Source: an uncultured Candidatus Binatia bacterium (lineage in GTDB: Bacteria > Desulfobacterota > Binatia > Bin18). From it: a stretch of 64,000 bases of DNA. Position 1 is the stretch's first letter. Each line of letters opens with the position of its first letter. The translations under genes and the position numbers were made by a program. The stretch lies in contig OZ241744.1 in the NCBI GenBank assembly GCA_965200965.1, forward strand, positions 2,784,001 to 2,848,000, written 5' to 3'. This document shows positions 38,901-51,598 of this stretch, in pieces. The notes under the pieces were generated by a model. The model saw only the letters and a list, made by a program, of their open reading frames with translations. It searched no databases and was not told the DNA's origin.

Positions 38901-41900
38901 GGGGGAACCTCGCAAATGCGCCAGCTCAAAGGGGGAGTCGCGGGTCTATCCCCGCGTGTGCGGGGGAACCGAGCTTACGCGCAAGCTGCACACGGATGTA
39001 ACCGGTCTATCCCCGCGTGTGCGGGGGAACCTGAGCGAAATTAAATCTGACCCGGGCGTGAAAAGGTCTATCCCCGCGTGTGCGGGGGAACCTAGGCGGT
39101 CCGCCGATGTGTGTCGCGTGAAACAGGTCTATCCCCGCGTGTGCGGGGGAACCGCATAACACTCTTTGCTATCAAAGACGTATCCCGGTCTATCCCCGCG
39201 TGTGCGGGGGAACCGCTGGAAGAGCTCTTCTGCTTGCGCCTTCGTGAGGTCTATCCCCGCGTGTGCGGGGGAACCAGGCAGAGGGTCATCCGGCAGTGCA
39301 GGCCTACGGGTCTATCCCCGCGTGTGCGGGGGAACCCCTGGAAGATGCCCTTCGGGTAGACATGAGCCGGGTCTATCCCCGCGTGTGCGGGGGAACCCGT
39401 GCTCTGAGTGCAAAGCCTCCGACTCCCGGGGGTCTATCCCCGCGTGTGCGGGGGAACCCGGGCGATCGATCGGCTCGAGCGCACCGAGTTTGGTCTATCC
39501 CCGCGTGTGCGGGGGAACCGATCATTGGCTTAGCCTTGGTAGGACGCTTAAAGGTCTATCCCCGCGTGTGCGGGGGAACCACGCTGAGCGAGGCGGCGCT
39601 GCGCCTCCTGGCGGGTCTATCCCCGCGTGTGCGGGGGAACCAGATCGATGCGTACCTCCAGGCCGTGGGGCGCGGGTCTATCCCCGCGTGTGCGGGGGAA
39701 CCATCTCGCCTATTCCGCAGAGAAAGGGCTCGAGCGGTCTATCCCCGCGTGTGCGGGGGAACCCGCGGGTACGGCGATCGTGATGCGAGCCGCGACGGTC
39801 TATCCCCGCGTGTGCGGGGGAACCATGACAGGCCGCCATTTGCGTTGCTTCATATTCGGTCTATCCCCGCGTGTGCGGGGGAACCTTTACCGCTGGGTCG
39901 ATACGGAAGCTCTCAAGAGGTCTATCCCCGCGTGTGCGGGGGAACCGAACAAATCCACGCCGCCCATGACGAGGAAGACGGTCTATCCCCGCGTGTGCGG
40001 GGGAACCTTGCCCGCGAGCTCTGCGACCCGGTCTATGCAAGGTCTATCCCCGCGTGTGCGGGGGAACCCGCGTCACTCCCAGCGTGGTGGCGGCGCAGCT
40101 CGGTCTATCCCCGCGTGTGCGGGGGAACCCGCTATGTTGATGTTCAACATTGGCTACGCGCGGGTCTATCCCCGCGTGTGCGGGGGAACCATCAACCAGG
40201 GCGGACAGCGCCAGCAGCTCATGGGTCTATCCCCGCGTGTGCGGGGGAACCCAGTACCAGGATGTCCCTGACTCTATGCGCCGGGGTCTATCCCCGCGTG
40301 TGCGGGGGAACCCCAAGAGGCGATCCGCCGTAACGTCCCAGATGGGTCTATCCCCGCGTGTGCGGGGGAACCTCTTCCAGCATGCACGGCAACGGGCCCG
40401 GGCCGGGTCTATCCCCGCGTGTGCGGGGGAACCACGGGGAGGCGCATGTGCGTTTGGCCTATCTGTGGTCTATCCCCGCGTGTGCGGGGGAACCGATCGG
40501 GCCGTGCTGGCCAAGTCTCGCATCCGGGGTCTATCCCCGCGTGTGCGGGGGAACCGCGCTCTGAGACTCCCCCTCGATATAATCCGGCGGTCTATCCCCG
40601 CGTGTGCGGGGGAACCTTGGGCGGTAGTCATGTTGAAACCCCTTTCAGGGGTCTATCCCCGCGTGTGCGGGGGAACCCAAAAGGGGGCTGTATGTATGAG
40701 TCATTCATGCGGTCTATCCCCGCGTGTGCGGGGGAACCGAATACCTGGCTAGCCTTTTTGGGGCTAGCTGCGGTCTATCCCCGCGTGTGCGGGGGAACCC
40801 GTGAGGCGCTTTCAAGCAATGGGGCTGACAAAGGTCTATCCCCGCGTGTGCGGGGGAACCTCAAGAAGACAGTCGTTCACGGCAAGCTGGTGGGGTCTAT
40901 CCCCGCGTGTGCGGGGGAACCCTTACGCCTGGAACAATACCACGGCGACAACCCGGTCTATCCCCGCGTGTGCGGGGGAACCTTGTTGATCTGCCTCTGA
41001 TGACTGAGCGCAAAAGGTCTATCCCCGCGTGTGCGGGGGAACCCCCGGCGCAGTCACCATGTACGGCACCCGGTACGGTCTATCCCCGCGTGTGCGGGGG
41101 AACCGGCTTCGGGTTGGTGTACAAGTTCCACAACTCAGGTCTATCCCCGCGTGTGCGGGGGAACCAGGATAGCCAGTGACGTACATGCACCACTGGCAGG
41201 TCTATCCCCGCGTGTGCGGGGGAACCCGCGGTTCTTCCCACGGAGCCGATGATCCGAACGGTCTATCCCCGCGTGTGCGGGGGAACCGCGTTGCGCCAAC
41301 GGATCAAGTACTTGATGACGGGTCTATCCCCGCGTGTGCGGGGGAACCCATCGCGATTTTTTGGCGCGTCGCCCTGCTCAGGGTCTATCCCCGCGTGTGC
41401 GGGGGAACCCGCGCCTCGCTCCTGCAGTTTTTTGTCCATGCTGGTCTATCCCCGCGTGTGCGGGGGAACCCCAGAGAGATTTTTTTTAGGGTCTTTAGGA
41501 AGGGGTCTATCCCCGCGTGTGCGGGGGAACCTACTGGCAGTACAATGATCCCCACGACAATCAGGGTCTATCCCCGCGTGTGCGGGGGAACCTTACCAGT
41601 ATTGGCGTCAGGATCGCGAAAGAAAGGTCTATCCCCGCGTGTGCGGGGGAACCAACCGACGGTAGAGGCCCAAATACACACCAGAGGGTCTATCCCCGCG
41701 TGTGCGGGGGAACCCATAGACTGCATAGCAGCGAGGCGAGCTTCATGGGTCTATCCCCGCGTGTGCGGGGGAACCGGATCCGCCAGCTGGGTGAGAAACG
41801 GCAAGATGGGTCTATCCCCGCGTGTGCGGGGGAACCCGCACCGGTCCCCGACCGAACTGGCGGCTGTACGGTCTATCCCCGCGTGTGCGGGGGAACCATA

Positions 41901-44900
41901 CTCCGGAGACTCGGCGTGCCACGGGACTTCGGTCTATCCCCGCGTGTGCGGGGGAACCACTACGCTCGGCTGGCTGCCGCGTCTTGAATACGGTCTATCC
42001 CCGCGTGTGCGGGGGAACCCGATCCGCGGGCCTTTGGTCCCGTGCGCAAATGGGTCTATCCCCGCGTGTGCGGGGGAACCCGCTGCGTCGTCAAGGCGTT
42101 GTCAAACCGCCCAGGTCTATCCCCGCGTGTGCGGGGGAACCACAGGTAGAACGGTTGCTCACTATTCCCCAGAGGGTCTATCCCCGCGTGTGCGGGGGAA
42201 CCCATCGGTGTTAGGCGCTCGGTGCGTCTTCACAAGGTCTATCCCCGCGTGTGCGGGGGAACCGCGTCAGCCGGGATTGTAGCCTCTCCTGCCTCGGGTC
42301 TATCCCCGCGTGTGCGGGGGAACCTCTTTATCTCAGCGGTGGAGCAGCTATCCAAGAGGTCTATCCCCGCGTGTGCGGGGGAACCACAGGCATCGAGGAG
42401 AGCACGGGCCGCATGGACGGTCTATCCCCGCGTGTGCGGGGGAACCACCCAGTTAGCCGACTGACGGAAATATTCCAACGGTCTATCCCCGCGTGTGCGG
42501 GGGAACCAGAATCCCCCGCCCGCTTGGTGGCAGACCCGTAGGTCTATCCCCGCGTGTGCGGGGGAACCACAAGGTCAATCAGAGCCTCAATCAGATATGG
42601 AGGTCTATCCCCGCGTGTGCGGGGGAACCCTGGACCAGCCGGAGGCGTAAATGGCATTCTGGGGTCTATCCCCGCGTGTGCGGGGGAACCACCTTCAGGC
42701 GAGAACCGCCTTGAGCAACCCCAGGTCTATCCCCGCGTGTGCGGGGGAACCATCGAAACAGGAGCCAGTACCCAACCGTTATAGGGTCTATCCCCGCGTG
42801 TGCGGGGGAACCGTTCAGCCCGATTTCGGTACGGTATGGATAGGCGGTCTATCCCCGCGTGTGCGGGGGAACCGAGGATCGCCAGTCGGCTTCCGGGTAT
42901 GGACGCGGTCTATCCCCGCGTGTGCGGGGGAACCCGTCATCTTATCTCCGAGATCGACATAGCCAAAGGTCTATCCCCGCGTGTGCGGGGGAACCTCCAC
43001 TGGCAAGAGCCGGTCGTTCGGCACGAAGGGTCTATCCCCGCGTGTGCGGGGGAACCGCCAACACGCATCGTCGATGACGCTGACGGTACGGTCTATCCCC
43101 GCGTGTGCGGGGGAACCCATGCGAGTATTGCCGGGTAGCGAAGAAGCAAAGGTCTATCCCCGCGTGTGCGGGGGAACCACCCAGTTAGCCGACTGACGGT
43201 AGTACTCCAGCGGTCTATCCCCGCGTGTGCGGGGGAACCGCTGGTAAGCGGGAAACCAAGTATCGCGTGACAGGTCTATCCCCGCGTGTGCGGGGGAACC
43301 CGTCTGATATTTCGGCGACAAAGCGCGGTTGGAGGTCTATCCCCGCGTGTGCGGGGGAACCAATCGAACCGACCTTCATAGCGGAATGTAAAGGGGTCTA
43401 TCCCCGCGTGTGCGGGGGAACCCCCATCCAGTCGATACGACCTTCGAACCGGAAGGGTCTATCCCCGCGTGTGCGGGGGAACCTACGGCAGCCTACCGTA
43501 CAGATAGTTGATCGCGGGTCTATCCCCGCGTGTGCGGGGGAACCGACGGGCTTCCTACTTTCGTGAGACGCTGAATGGGTCTATCCCCGCGTGTGCGGGG
43601 GAACCACTATGGTCCGGCGGCTGGGCGGTGGTGGCGCAGGTCTATCCCCGCGTGTGCGGGGGAACCACTTGCTTGCAAGTCATGCGCAACCGTCGTCACG
43701 GTCTATCCCCGCGTGTGCGGGGGAACCACCGAGACCAAGGCGGAAACGACGATACGCGGGGGTCTATCCCCGCGTGTGCGGGGGAACCCATCGCCCGATA
43801 TCCAGGCCCAGGCTGTGCGTAGGTCTATCCCCGCGTGTGCGGGGGAACCACCACAGACCAATCGAGCCCGGGCAAGAAAATAGGTCTATCCCCGCGTGTG
43901 CGGGGGAACCGCCGCCCAACCTTCTTCGTAGATGTGCCTCAGCGGTCTATCCCCGCGTGTGCGGGGGAACCGCGGAGCGCCCGGGCGCTGGGCCGCGTTG
44001 ATTGGGTCTATCCCCGCGTGTGCGGGGGAACCACTTCCAGAAGACGGGAGAATGGCGCTGGTTTGGGTCTATCCCCGCGTGTGCGGGGGAACCTGCAAGA
44101 CCTGAGCGATCATTGCGCGATGTTGGGGTCTATCCCCGCGTGTGCGGGGGAACCGTCCGACAGTAGATGATGCTCACATGCCGTCTCGGTCTATCCCCGC
44201 GTGTGCGGGGGAACCACTGGCTGACCAATGTCAGATGCACCAGTCTTGGGTCTATCCCCGCGTGTGCGGGGGAACCGTTCAGCCCGATTTCGGCACGGTA
44301 TGGGTCGGGGGTCTATCCCCGCGTGTGCGGGGGAACCACTCGGCCTTCCTGGCTCAATACGGTGTCCAGGGGTCTATCCCCGCGTGTGCGGGGGAACCAC
44401 AATCTGGCTCAACTCGGCTGGCTCTGGCCTCGGTCTATCCCCGCGTGTGCGGGGGAACCGTCAAGCGGGGAGCTCGTATCGTCCCAGTACGGGGTCTATC
44501 CCCGCGTGTGCGGGGGAACCGCTGCCCTGCGTCGTTGGCTGATGCCTTTGCGCGGTCTATCCCCGCGTGTGCGGGGGAACCCCCGTCGGCTTGGGCTGAT
44601 GTGTGGTCCGAGGCGGTCTATCCCCGCGTGTGCGGGGGAACCAGACACCACAGCCAGCCATGTTCCGAGAAGAACGGTCTATCCCCGCGTGTGCGGGGGA
44701 ACCAGACATATATGCCACCCGGCGATTTTCTCGCCAGGTCTATCCCCGCGTGTGCGGGGGAACCGCAGCTGCTCCGCTCCACTGGCATCTGGCCGCGGGT
44801 CTATCCCCGCGTGTGCGGGGGAACCCGAAGGAGAAAATGACCCAGTGGGAATACATAGGGTCTATCCCCGCGTGTGCGGGGGAACCCGATTTAGCCATGC

Positions 44901-47900
44901 TATCGATCCACTTTCGAAAGGTCTATCCCCGCGTGTGCGGGGGAACCGGCCCTATCGCGTCTCATCATCGCCGGTCAGGAGGTCTATCCCCGCGTGTGCG
45001 GGGGAACCGCTCATATCCGGTACTAAAGTACCAGTCCGGAAGGTCTATCCCCGCGTGTGCGGGGGAACCACATGGATCCAGCGCCCAAACTCGGAAATGA
45101 CTGGTCTATCCCCGCGTGTGCGGGGGAACCTAGTGAATCTCACCACGCGATCGGACATGCTGAGGTCTATCCCCGCGTGTGCGGGGGAACCGGCCCTGGA
45201 GCCACCAACCAGGCGCAATCCAAGGGTCTATCCCCGCGTGTGCGGGGGAACCATGCATCTGAGGCATCAGGCATCCTCCCGAAAGGGTCTATCCCCGCGT
45301 GTGCGGGGGAACCTGGCAATGGATGAAGGGGCATGGGTGAAATTTAGGTCTATCCCCGCGTGTGCGGGGGAACCCGATAACGTGGACAACTCCAAGCCTC
45401 CCCAGGCGGTCTATCCCCGCGTGTGCGGGGGAACCACACCTCCTCTCTTAACTCGATCGTCTTGCTCCGGTCTATCCCCGCGTGTGCGGGGGAACCCCGG
45501 CCTTGGTAGAGGTACGCTGCAGGGCCTGAGGTCTATCCCCGCGTGTGCGGGGGAACCTATCCTGGACGAGCTCGGCGAACTAGAGGAGTGGGTCTATCCC
45601 CGCGTGTGCGGGGGAACCTCACTGGATGTAATCGCGCAGGCGGGCATCCAGGGTCTATCCCCGCGTGTGCGGGGGAACCACTGGCTAAGTCCGGCCTGGT
45701 CCCTGAGGTCCAGGTCTATCCCCGCGTGTGCGGGGGAACCGTCCGGCGCTCAACGGTGATCTGACATCCCGCAGGTCTATCCCCGCGTGTGCGGGGGAAC
45801 CGCACCAATGCCCAGGACGGGCCGAACCTGAACAGGTCTATCCCCGCGTGTGCGGGGGAACCCGTGCCCAGAAGATGGCTATTGGAGGTATCAGGGGTCT
45901 ATCCCCGCGTGTGCGGGGGAACCCAGTCAAAAACAGCATCCACCACGACCGACGGAGGTCTATCCCCGCGTGTGCGGGGGAACCGACTTTGGCACGGTCT
46001 GGCTTGGTTGGTCGATGGGTCTATCCCCGCGTGTGCGGGGGAACCACCCAATTAGCGCTTTGCCTGAAATACTCAAGCGGTCTATCCCCGCGTGTGCGGG
46101 GGAACCCTCGTGCGTCCAGTGCTACTGATCGGTGCTGCAGGTCTATCCCCGCGTGTGCGGGGGAACCTCACTGGATGTAATCGCGCAGGCCGCCATCCAG
46201 GGTCTATCCCCGCGTGTGCGGGGGAACCATCTGCTGGATACTGGTGTAGTCTCTGGCACGGGGTCTATCCCCGCGTGTGCGGGGGAACCTGATATGGCCT
46301 TCTCGTTCTGCCACGGAAGGACGGTCTATCCCCGCGTGTGCGGGGGAACCCTTCTTTGTCTCTTGCCACTTGGGATGGGTCCCGGTCTATCCCCGCGTGT
46401 GCGGGGGAACCACTTTCACCAAGGAGGTGGAGAGTATCCGGGGGGGTCTATCCCCGCGTGTGCGGGGGAACCCCGAAACGGGCCGGCGCATAGTAGAACC
46501 AATAAGGTCTATCCCCGCGTGTGCGGGGGAACCCTCGGACCGGAATATCCGGTCCGAATCCTATTGGGTCTATCCCCGCGTGTGCGGGGGAACCCCTGAC
46601 GCCGGCGAGATATTTGCTTGGCTCTCAGGTCTATCCCCGCGTGTGCGGGGGAACCGCCGGTGCCGGTAGAGGTCTACTGTCTGGTCTCGGTCTATCCCCG
46701 CGTGTGCGGGGGAACCATTGCCTGGACTTATGGGCGTATCTACGACAATGGTCTATCCCCGCGTGTGCGGGGGAACCAAGATAGGCCTGGATAGCCACAC
46801 GCATGGGCCGGGTCTATCCCCGCGTGTGCGGGGGAACCATGTCCGAAATGCCTTTAAGGCCCAGTACTGTCGGTCTATCCCCGCGTGTGCGGGGGAACCG
46901 AAAGATAATCGCGCATGACCTTACCACGGCGCGGTCTATCCCCGCGTGTGCGGGGGAACCCAGCGTGACCCCCGGCCGGTCATCCCAGACTGCGGTCTAT
47001 CCCCGCGTGTGCGGGGGAACCGATTACAAGGTGTACCGGAGAGCATCCAGCCGCGGTCTATCCCCGCGTGTGCGGGGGAACCAAATCTTACGCGATCACG
47101 GGTAAGGCCCGATGCGGTCTATCCCCGCGTGTGCGGGGGAACCGAGGACGGACTATGAAGAAGAAGCTCAAACCCAGGTCTATCCCCGCGTGTGCGGGGG
47201 AACCAACGATGCGACACCGACTGTGAGAAGGGTATCAGGTCTATCCCCGCGTGTGCGGGGGAACCGGGACGCGACCCCGAACTGAAAGAGTTCACAGGGG
47301 TCTATCCCCGCGTGTGCGGGGGAACCTTCCACTACGGACAAACTCACCTTATCGGGATGGGTCTATCCCCGCGTGTGCGGGGGAACCGGGGCTATGTTCT
47401 TCGTGCTGAATCGTTGCAGCGGTCTATCCCCGCGTGTGCGGGGGAACCATAAGCTCTGCGTTTACATCAGTCTCGACCGGGGGTCTATCCCCGCGTGTGC
47501 GGGGGAACCGTGGCGACCGAGAACTGACACATATCCCGGCCGGGTCTATCCCCGCGTGTGCGGGGGAACCACAGCTATCGGAAAGATGGATAAACCCAAA
47601 GCGGGTCTATCCCCGCGTGTGCGGGGGAACCGATGACCCTCATGCATCACCTTCAATCTCAAGAGGTCTATCCCCGCGTGTGCGGGGGAACCAGACATAG
47701 CCATCTTCCTGATTTCTTCCTTCTGGGTCTATCCCCGCGTGTGCGGGGGAACCCAGCCCAACCTCCGCCAGCGGGATTTCCTGGCCGGTCTATCCCCGCG
47801 TGTGCGGGGGAACCGCTGACGAACTCTATTCCCTGGCGGCGCTCAGCGGTCTATCCCCGCGTGTGCGGGGGAACCGAGCTTTCGCCGCGTCCACGAACAG

Positions 47901-49583
47901 CCTGTAGAGGTCTATCCCCGCGTGTGCGGGGGAACCGCCTATTGATCGCTCCCTTCCCTGACCTCTGCCGGTCTATCCCCGCGTGTGCGGGGGAACCGCC
48001 GTGGCGGTGGCCTCGGAGCCGTGAAGAGCGGGTCTATCCCCGCGTGTGCGGGGGAACCTATCAGAACATCCCCGCCGTAGTAGTCAGCCACGGTCTATCC
48101 CCGCGTGTGCGGGGGAACCGCCGCCAAGGACGCCAAGCTCACGGGCAAGTCAGGTCTATCCCCGCGTGTGCGGGGGAACCCACTATTCGGACGGATACCA
48201 GGCAGATACGGCAGGTCTATCCCCGCGTGTGCGGGGGAACCTGGAACATCAACGACCACACCGAGCTGGAAGTGGGTCTATCCCCGCGTGTGCGGGGGAA
48301 CCCCCAACATCCGCTTTCATCCAACTCTTCCTACCGGTCTATCCCCGCGTGTGCGGGGGAACCAGCGCCTCAAACCGGGCGTTCATCAACGCAAACGGTC
48401 TATCCCCGCGTGTGCGGGGGAACCCCGCTGCCCGGTTAGGATACTGCATGAGGACCAGGTCTATCCCCGCGTGTGCGGGGGAACCTCTCTGAGATTTCAC
48501 AGATCACAACCCCAAGCGGGTCTATCCCCGCGTGTGCGGGGGAACCGCCGTGAGCCGGGGATAGTCTCTCAATCCAGGAGGTCTATCCCCGCGTGTGCGG
48601 GGGAACCGCGGCGTCATCGCGCTCCTCGTCGAGTCGGCACGGTCTATCCCCGCGTGTGCGGGGGAACCCTGCTGAAGTCAAATATGACGTCCGTATTCAA
48701 CGGTCTATCCCCGCGTGTGCGGGGGAACCCTGGGGATGGCTCATGCTGTTGCCCCTTGCTTCGGTCTATCCCCGCGTGTGCGGGGGAACCTAACCAACCG
48801 CCCCTTCGGGGGCAATCCCAAGAGGTCTATCCCCGCGTGTGCGGGGGAACCATGACGTACCGAGCAAGCGCGAAGGCTATGGAGGGTCTATCCCCGCGTG
48901 TGCGGGGGAACCAGAAACCATCGGCCTAGGCGGGGTTTTGGCAGAGGTCTATCCCCGCGTGTGCGGGGGAACCATGCTGAAGATCATGCACGAAAAGCTC
49001 ACTGAGGGTCTATCCCCGCGTGTGCGGGGGAACCCCGCCAGCCCTCGCGCCATCGGGGTAGCCGTCAGGTCTATCCCCGCGTGTGCGGGGGAACCTATTC
49101 CTGGCCCGAAAATCCCGACGGGGTGAAGGGTCTATCCCCGCGTGTGCGGGGGAACCGTCTACAGCGAGGTCCATGATCTCGCCGTCAGCGGTCTATCCCC
49201 GCGTGTGCGGGGGAACCAGCTTCGCCATCGTGTCCTCCTCAATCTCAAGAGGTCTATCCCCGCGTGTGCGGGGGAACCGTCACATCAGCATAAGTCAGGG
49301 TCAAAAAGTAGGGTCTATCCCCGCGTGTGCGGGGGAACCACGCTAATGTGGTCCGGCGTGGGCATTGCGTCGGGTCTATCCCCGCGTGTGCGGGGGAACC
49401 AGTACCGTTGTCAGCCATTAGGGAGCCTCCGAAGGTCTATCCCCGCGTGTGCGGGGGAACCTGGACGACGCCGAGGATAGCGAAACCAATAGGGGGTCTA
49501 TCCCCGCGTGTGCGGGGGAACCTCCCACAAAGGACGGTATGAGACGCCCAAGAAGGGTCTATCCCCGCGTGTGCGGGGGAACC
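35954..49583 (-). CRISPR. Type I-E CRISPR array, ~224 repeats / ~223 spacers
   Basis: 28-bp repeat GGTTCCCCCGCACACGCGGGGATAGACC (minus strand), period ~61 bp. Count estimated as span/61. Orientation inferred from the leader next to cas2 and the ATAGACC handle. Confidence 0.99.
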
Positions 49584-49661
49584 TCTCCTGATTTTATTAC
49601 ACTTTTGGCGCACTGCGTCCAGCGTCGGGTGTGGGAAGACGCGATTCGGATTGTCAAAGAG
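49584..49661 (-). promoter_or_regulatory. CRISPR leader
   Basis: Between the cas2 stop and the first repeat; contains CTTTGACAAT and an AT-rich TGTAATAAAAT just before the repeat. Confidence 0.75.
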
Positions 49662-49973
49662 CTAGGTATCCTGACCCGGACCCGGGCCGGTTCGCCTGGA
49701 GAGAATGACACCCTCCTGATCTACCAGCTCGACGGGGGGCGTGCCAAGGACGCGCACGGACTGCCCGCTTGGCTGGCGCGAGTCCTGCCAGGTCATGACA
49801 ATGGACCGCCCCCCAAGCCCGAGGAACCAGTCTGAGATCACTGCCCATATGCGGTCCCGGACACGCGCGGAGAGTCGTGGGGCGGTGTAGACCCCCGGCG
49901 CAATCTCCAGCATGCACGAGGCCAGAAACCCGCGGATGCGCGGGGCAACATCACGGGTGACTATGACTGTCAT
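49662..49973 (-). CDS. cas2: Type I-E Cas2
   Basis: MTVIVTRDVAPRIRGFLAS.MLEIAPGVY...RDRIW; lies after cas1. Confidence 0.93.
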   Translation of the reverse strand: MTVIVTRDVAPRIRGFLASCMLEIAPGVYTAPRLSARVRDRIWAVISDWFLGLGGRSIVMTWQDSRQPSGQSVRVLGTPPVELVDQEGVILSRRTGPGPGQDT

Positions 49974-50832
49974 CGTCGTCAATCAACTGGATGATCCGGT
50001 CAATCATCTTTGTGATGAGTTTTGTCTGTCTGAAGCGCCGACCGGCCAGCCGTCGGACATGCCGTTCAAGCGGGATATGTCCGTTTGCGGAGTAGTGGCT
50101 GACCGCTTCAAAGGCGACCGGGATGGTGACTTCGGTCCTATACAGGTCTGCAATGTCGAGACAAAAGGCAATGGAAGCGTCCTCGTGGACAAAGCCGAGC
50201 GGGGGCAGGGTTCCAGTGGCGGCGACGGCCACAAGGGCCGCGGCTTCGGTGGCCGTCGCCGCGTGGTTGATGGCTTGATTGGGGTCGTCGGCTATGTCGG
50301 GGCGCTGCCTGTCGTAGCGGCGTCCGTACCAGTCAATGCCGTAGCGCTCGGCCAGCAGGCGGTAGGATTCTTTCATCCGGGCTCCTTCGATCCCGCGCAT
50401 GATGGCGATGTCCTGTTCGGGCAGGACTTCGCCCAGCCGCCAAGCGTACATCCGGCGGGCGGTCCGCAGCCGTGACCGTCGGTCGTTCCAGAGTTTCGCC
50501 TGACGGCGTGCTCGTCGTGAGTCGTTCGGCCCAAAGGGCTGGGCACTGTACATGCGCACGCCGTCTTCCCCAACGGCAACAAGGCCGGTCCCGTGTCGGG
50601 CCAGCAGCCGGAAAACGTCGTGGCTGACGGTTGAGCCAGGCCCGAGCAGAATGAATGAGATATTCTGAAAGGGGATGGCATAATCGCCGGCCTGCATATC
50701 CGCAGACCCGGCGGTGCGAAACCGCAAGGTCCCATCCTCTACGGTGAGATTTCCCCGCGCCAGCCACAACAGGCCGTGGCGGTCGGCGTGGGGGATCCGC
50801 GCCTCCTCCAGTCCTAATCTGCCTTTCAGCAC
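49951..50832 (-). CDS. cas1: Type I-E Cas1
   Basis: LLGPGSTVSH, RGIEGARM, DPNQAIN, LGFVH and DIADLYR motifs. Confidence 0.96.
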   Translation of the reverse strand: MLKGRLGLEEARIPHADRHGLLWLARGNLTVEDGTLRFRTAGSADMQAGDYAIPFQNISFILLGPGSTVSHDVFRLLARHGTGLVAVGEDGVRMYSAQPFGPNDSRRARRQAKLWNDRRSRLRTARRMYAWRLGEVLPEQDIAIMRGIEGARMKESYRLLAERYGIDWYGRRYDRQRPDIADDPNQAINHAATATEAAALVAVAATGTLPPLGFVHEDASIAFCLDIADLYRTEVTIPVAFEAVSHYSANGHIPLERHVRRLAGRRFRQTKLITKMIDRIIQLIDDDDSHSHP

Positions 50833-50834
50833 TG

Positions 50835-50862
50835 GGTCTATCCCTGCGTGTGCAGGGGAACC
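50835..50862 (-). repeat. Solitary CRISPR repeat variant at the cas6/cas1 junction
   Basis: GGTTCCCCTGCACACGCAGGGATAGACC, 26/28 identical to the array repeat; the two changes pair with each other. Confidence 0.93.
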
Positions 50863-51596
50863 GCCTTGGCGGCCGCGGGACGCAAGAGCAGCATTCCATA
50901 GCCGTAGGCGCGGTGCCGGCCAATGCCCCGGGCCAGCAGTTCGGCGAAGGTCCCGGCATTAGTAATGGTGAGGGTGCCCCGCATGAGCGCGTCCGGCCCC
51001 TCGCTAGAACGGGCGTGTCGCTTGCGAATAGCGCGGCTGCGCTGAAAGGATTGCAGGCCTGCCTTGCCTTCCAACTTTGCCCCGCCATGCCGCCCGAACT
51101 GCTTGGCCAGCCAGTCGCTATAGACCTCTTCACGGCTGCGCTTCATTTTCCTGTCCGGGTCCTCCTTCGGGTGCTGAAGGGCTTCCCATAAGAAAGCGTC
51201 GCACTCCGTATCTGCGCAATCGCCTGCACCACGGGGACGGCGGATAATGGGACGCACCCGCGTCTCAAAGCCGAGGCGCTTGCCGGTCTGCCAGGCTGCC
51301 GGCATGGGCTTGCTGTCGAGGCTGGCGGCAGGAATTACCCTGGCTTGGAGCGGGCAGGCATGGATGTCAGCCTCGGCGCGCAGGGCTTCGGCGTCAGCCT
51401 GCCCATAGCCGTACAGAACGCCGCGGGGCTGAGCGCGGCCGATCATCAGCCGAAAGGGCTTGGGGGCCAGTTCGCCGAACATTTCGGTCAGCAGGCAGTG
51501 CATGGCGTGGTCGCTGTCCTGCAAGCGCCTGGAGCCGGCCCAGCGCTGGAGGTTTTGCGCGTCTATGTCGGCGCGTATCATGTGGAGTGAGGCCAT
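50838..51596 (-). CDS. cas6e: Type I-E Cas6e (Cse3/CasE)
   Basis: C-terminal LARGIGRHRAYGYGMLLL Gly-rich loop; start MASLHMIR after an AGGAG RBS. Confidence 0.95.
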   Translation of the reverse strand: MASLHMIRADIDAQNLQRWAGSRRLQDSDHAMHCLLTEMFGELAPKPFRLMIGRAQPRGVLYGYGQADAEALRAEADIHACPLQARVIPAASLDSKPMPAAWQTGKRLGFETRVRPIIRRPRGAGDCADTECDAFLWEALQHPKEDPDRKMKRSREEVYSDWLAKQFGRHGGAKLEGKAGLQSFQRSRAIRKRHARSSEGPDALMRGTLTITNAGTFAELLARGIGRHRAYGYGMLLLRPAAAKAVPLHTQG

Positions 51597-51598
51597 AG

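Noticed and set aside
35954-49583. Self-targeting array spacers within the window
   Set aside because: None noticed by eye; an exhaustive alignment was not possible, so this is not excluded.
36028-49835. Dozens of plus-strand ORFs with recurring VYPRVCGGT / GLSPRVRGN / SIPACAGEP
   Set aside because: These are translations of the CRISPR repeat in three frames, not proteins.
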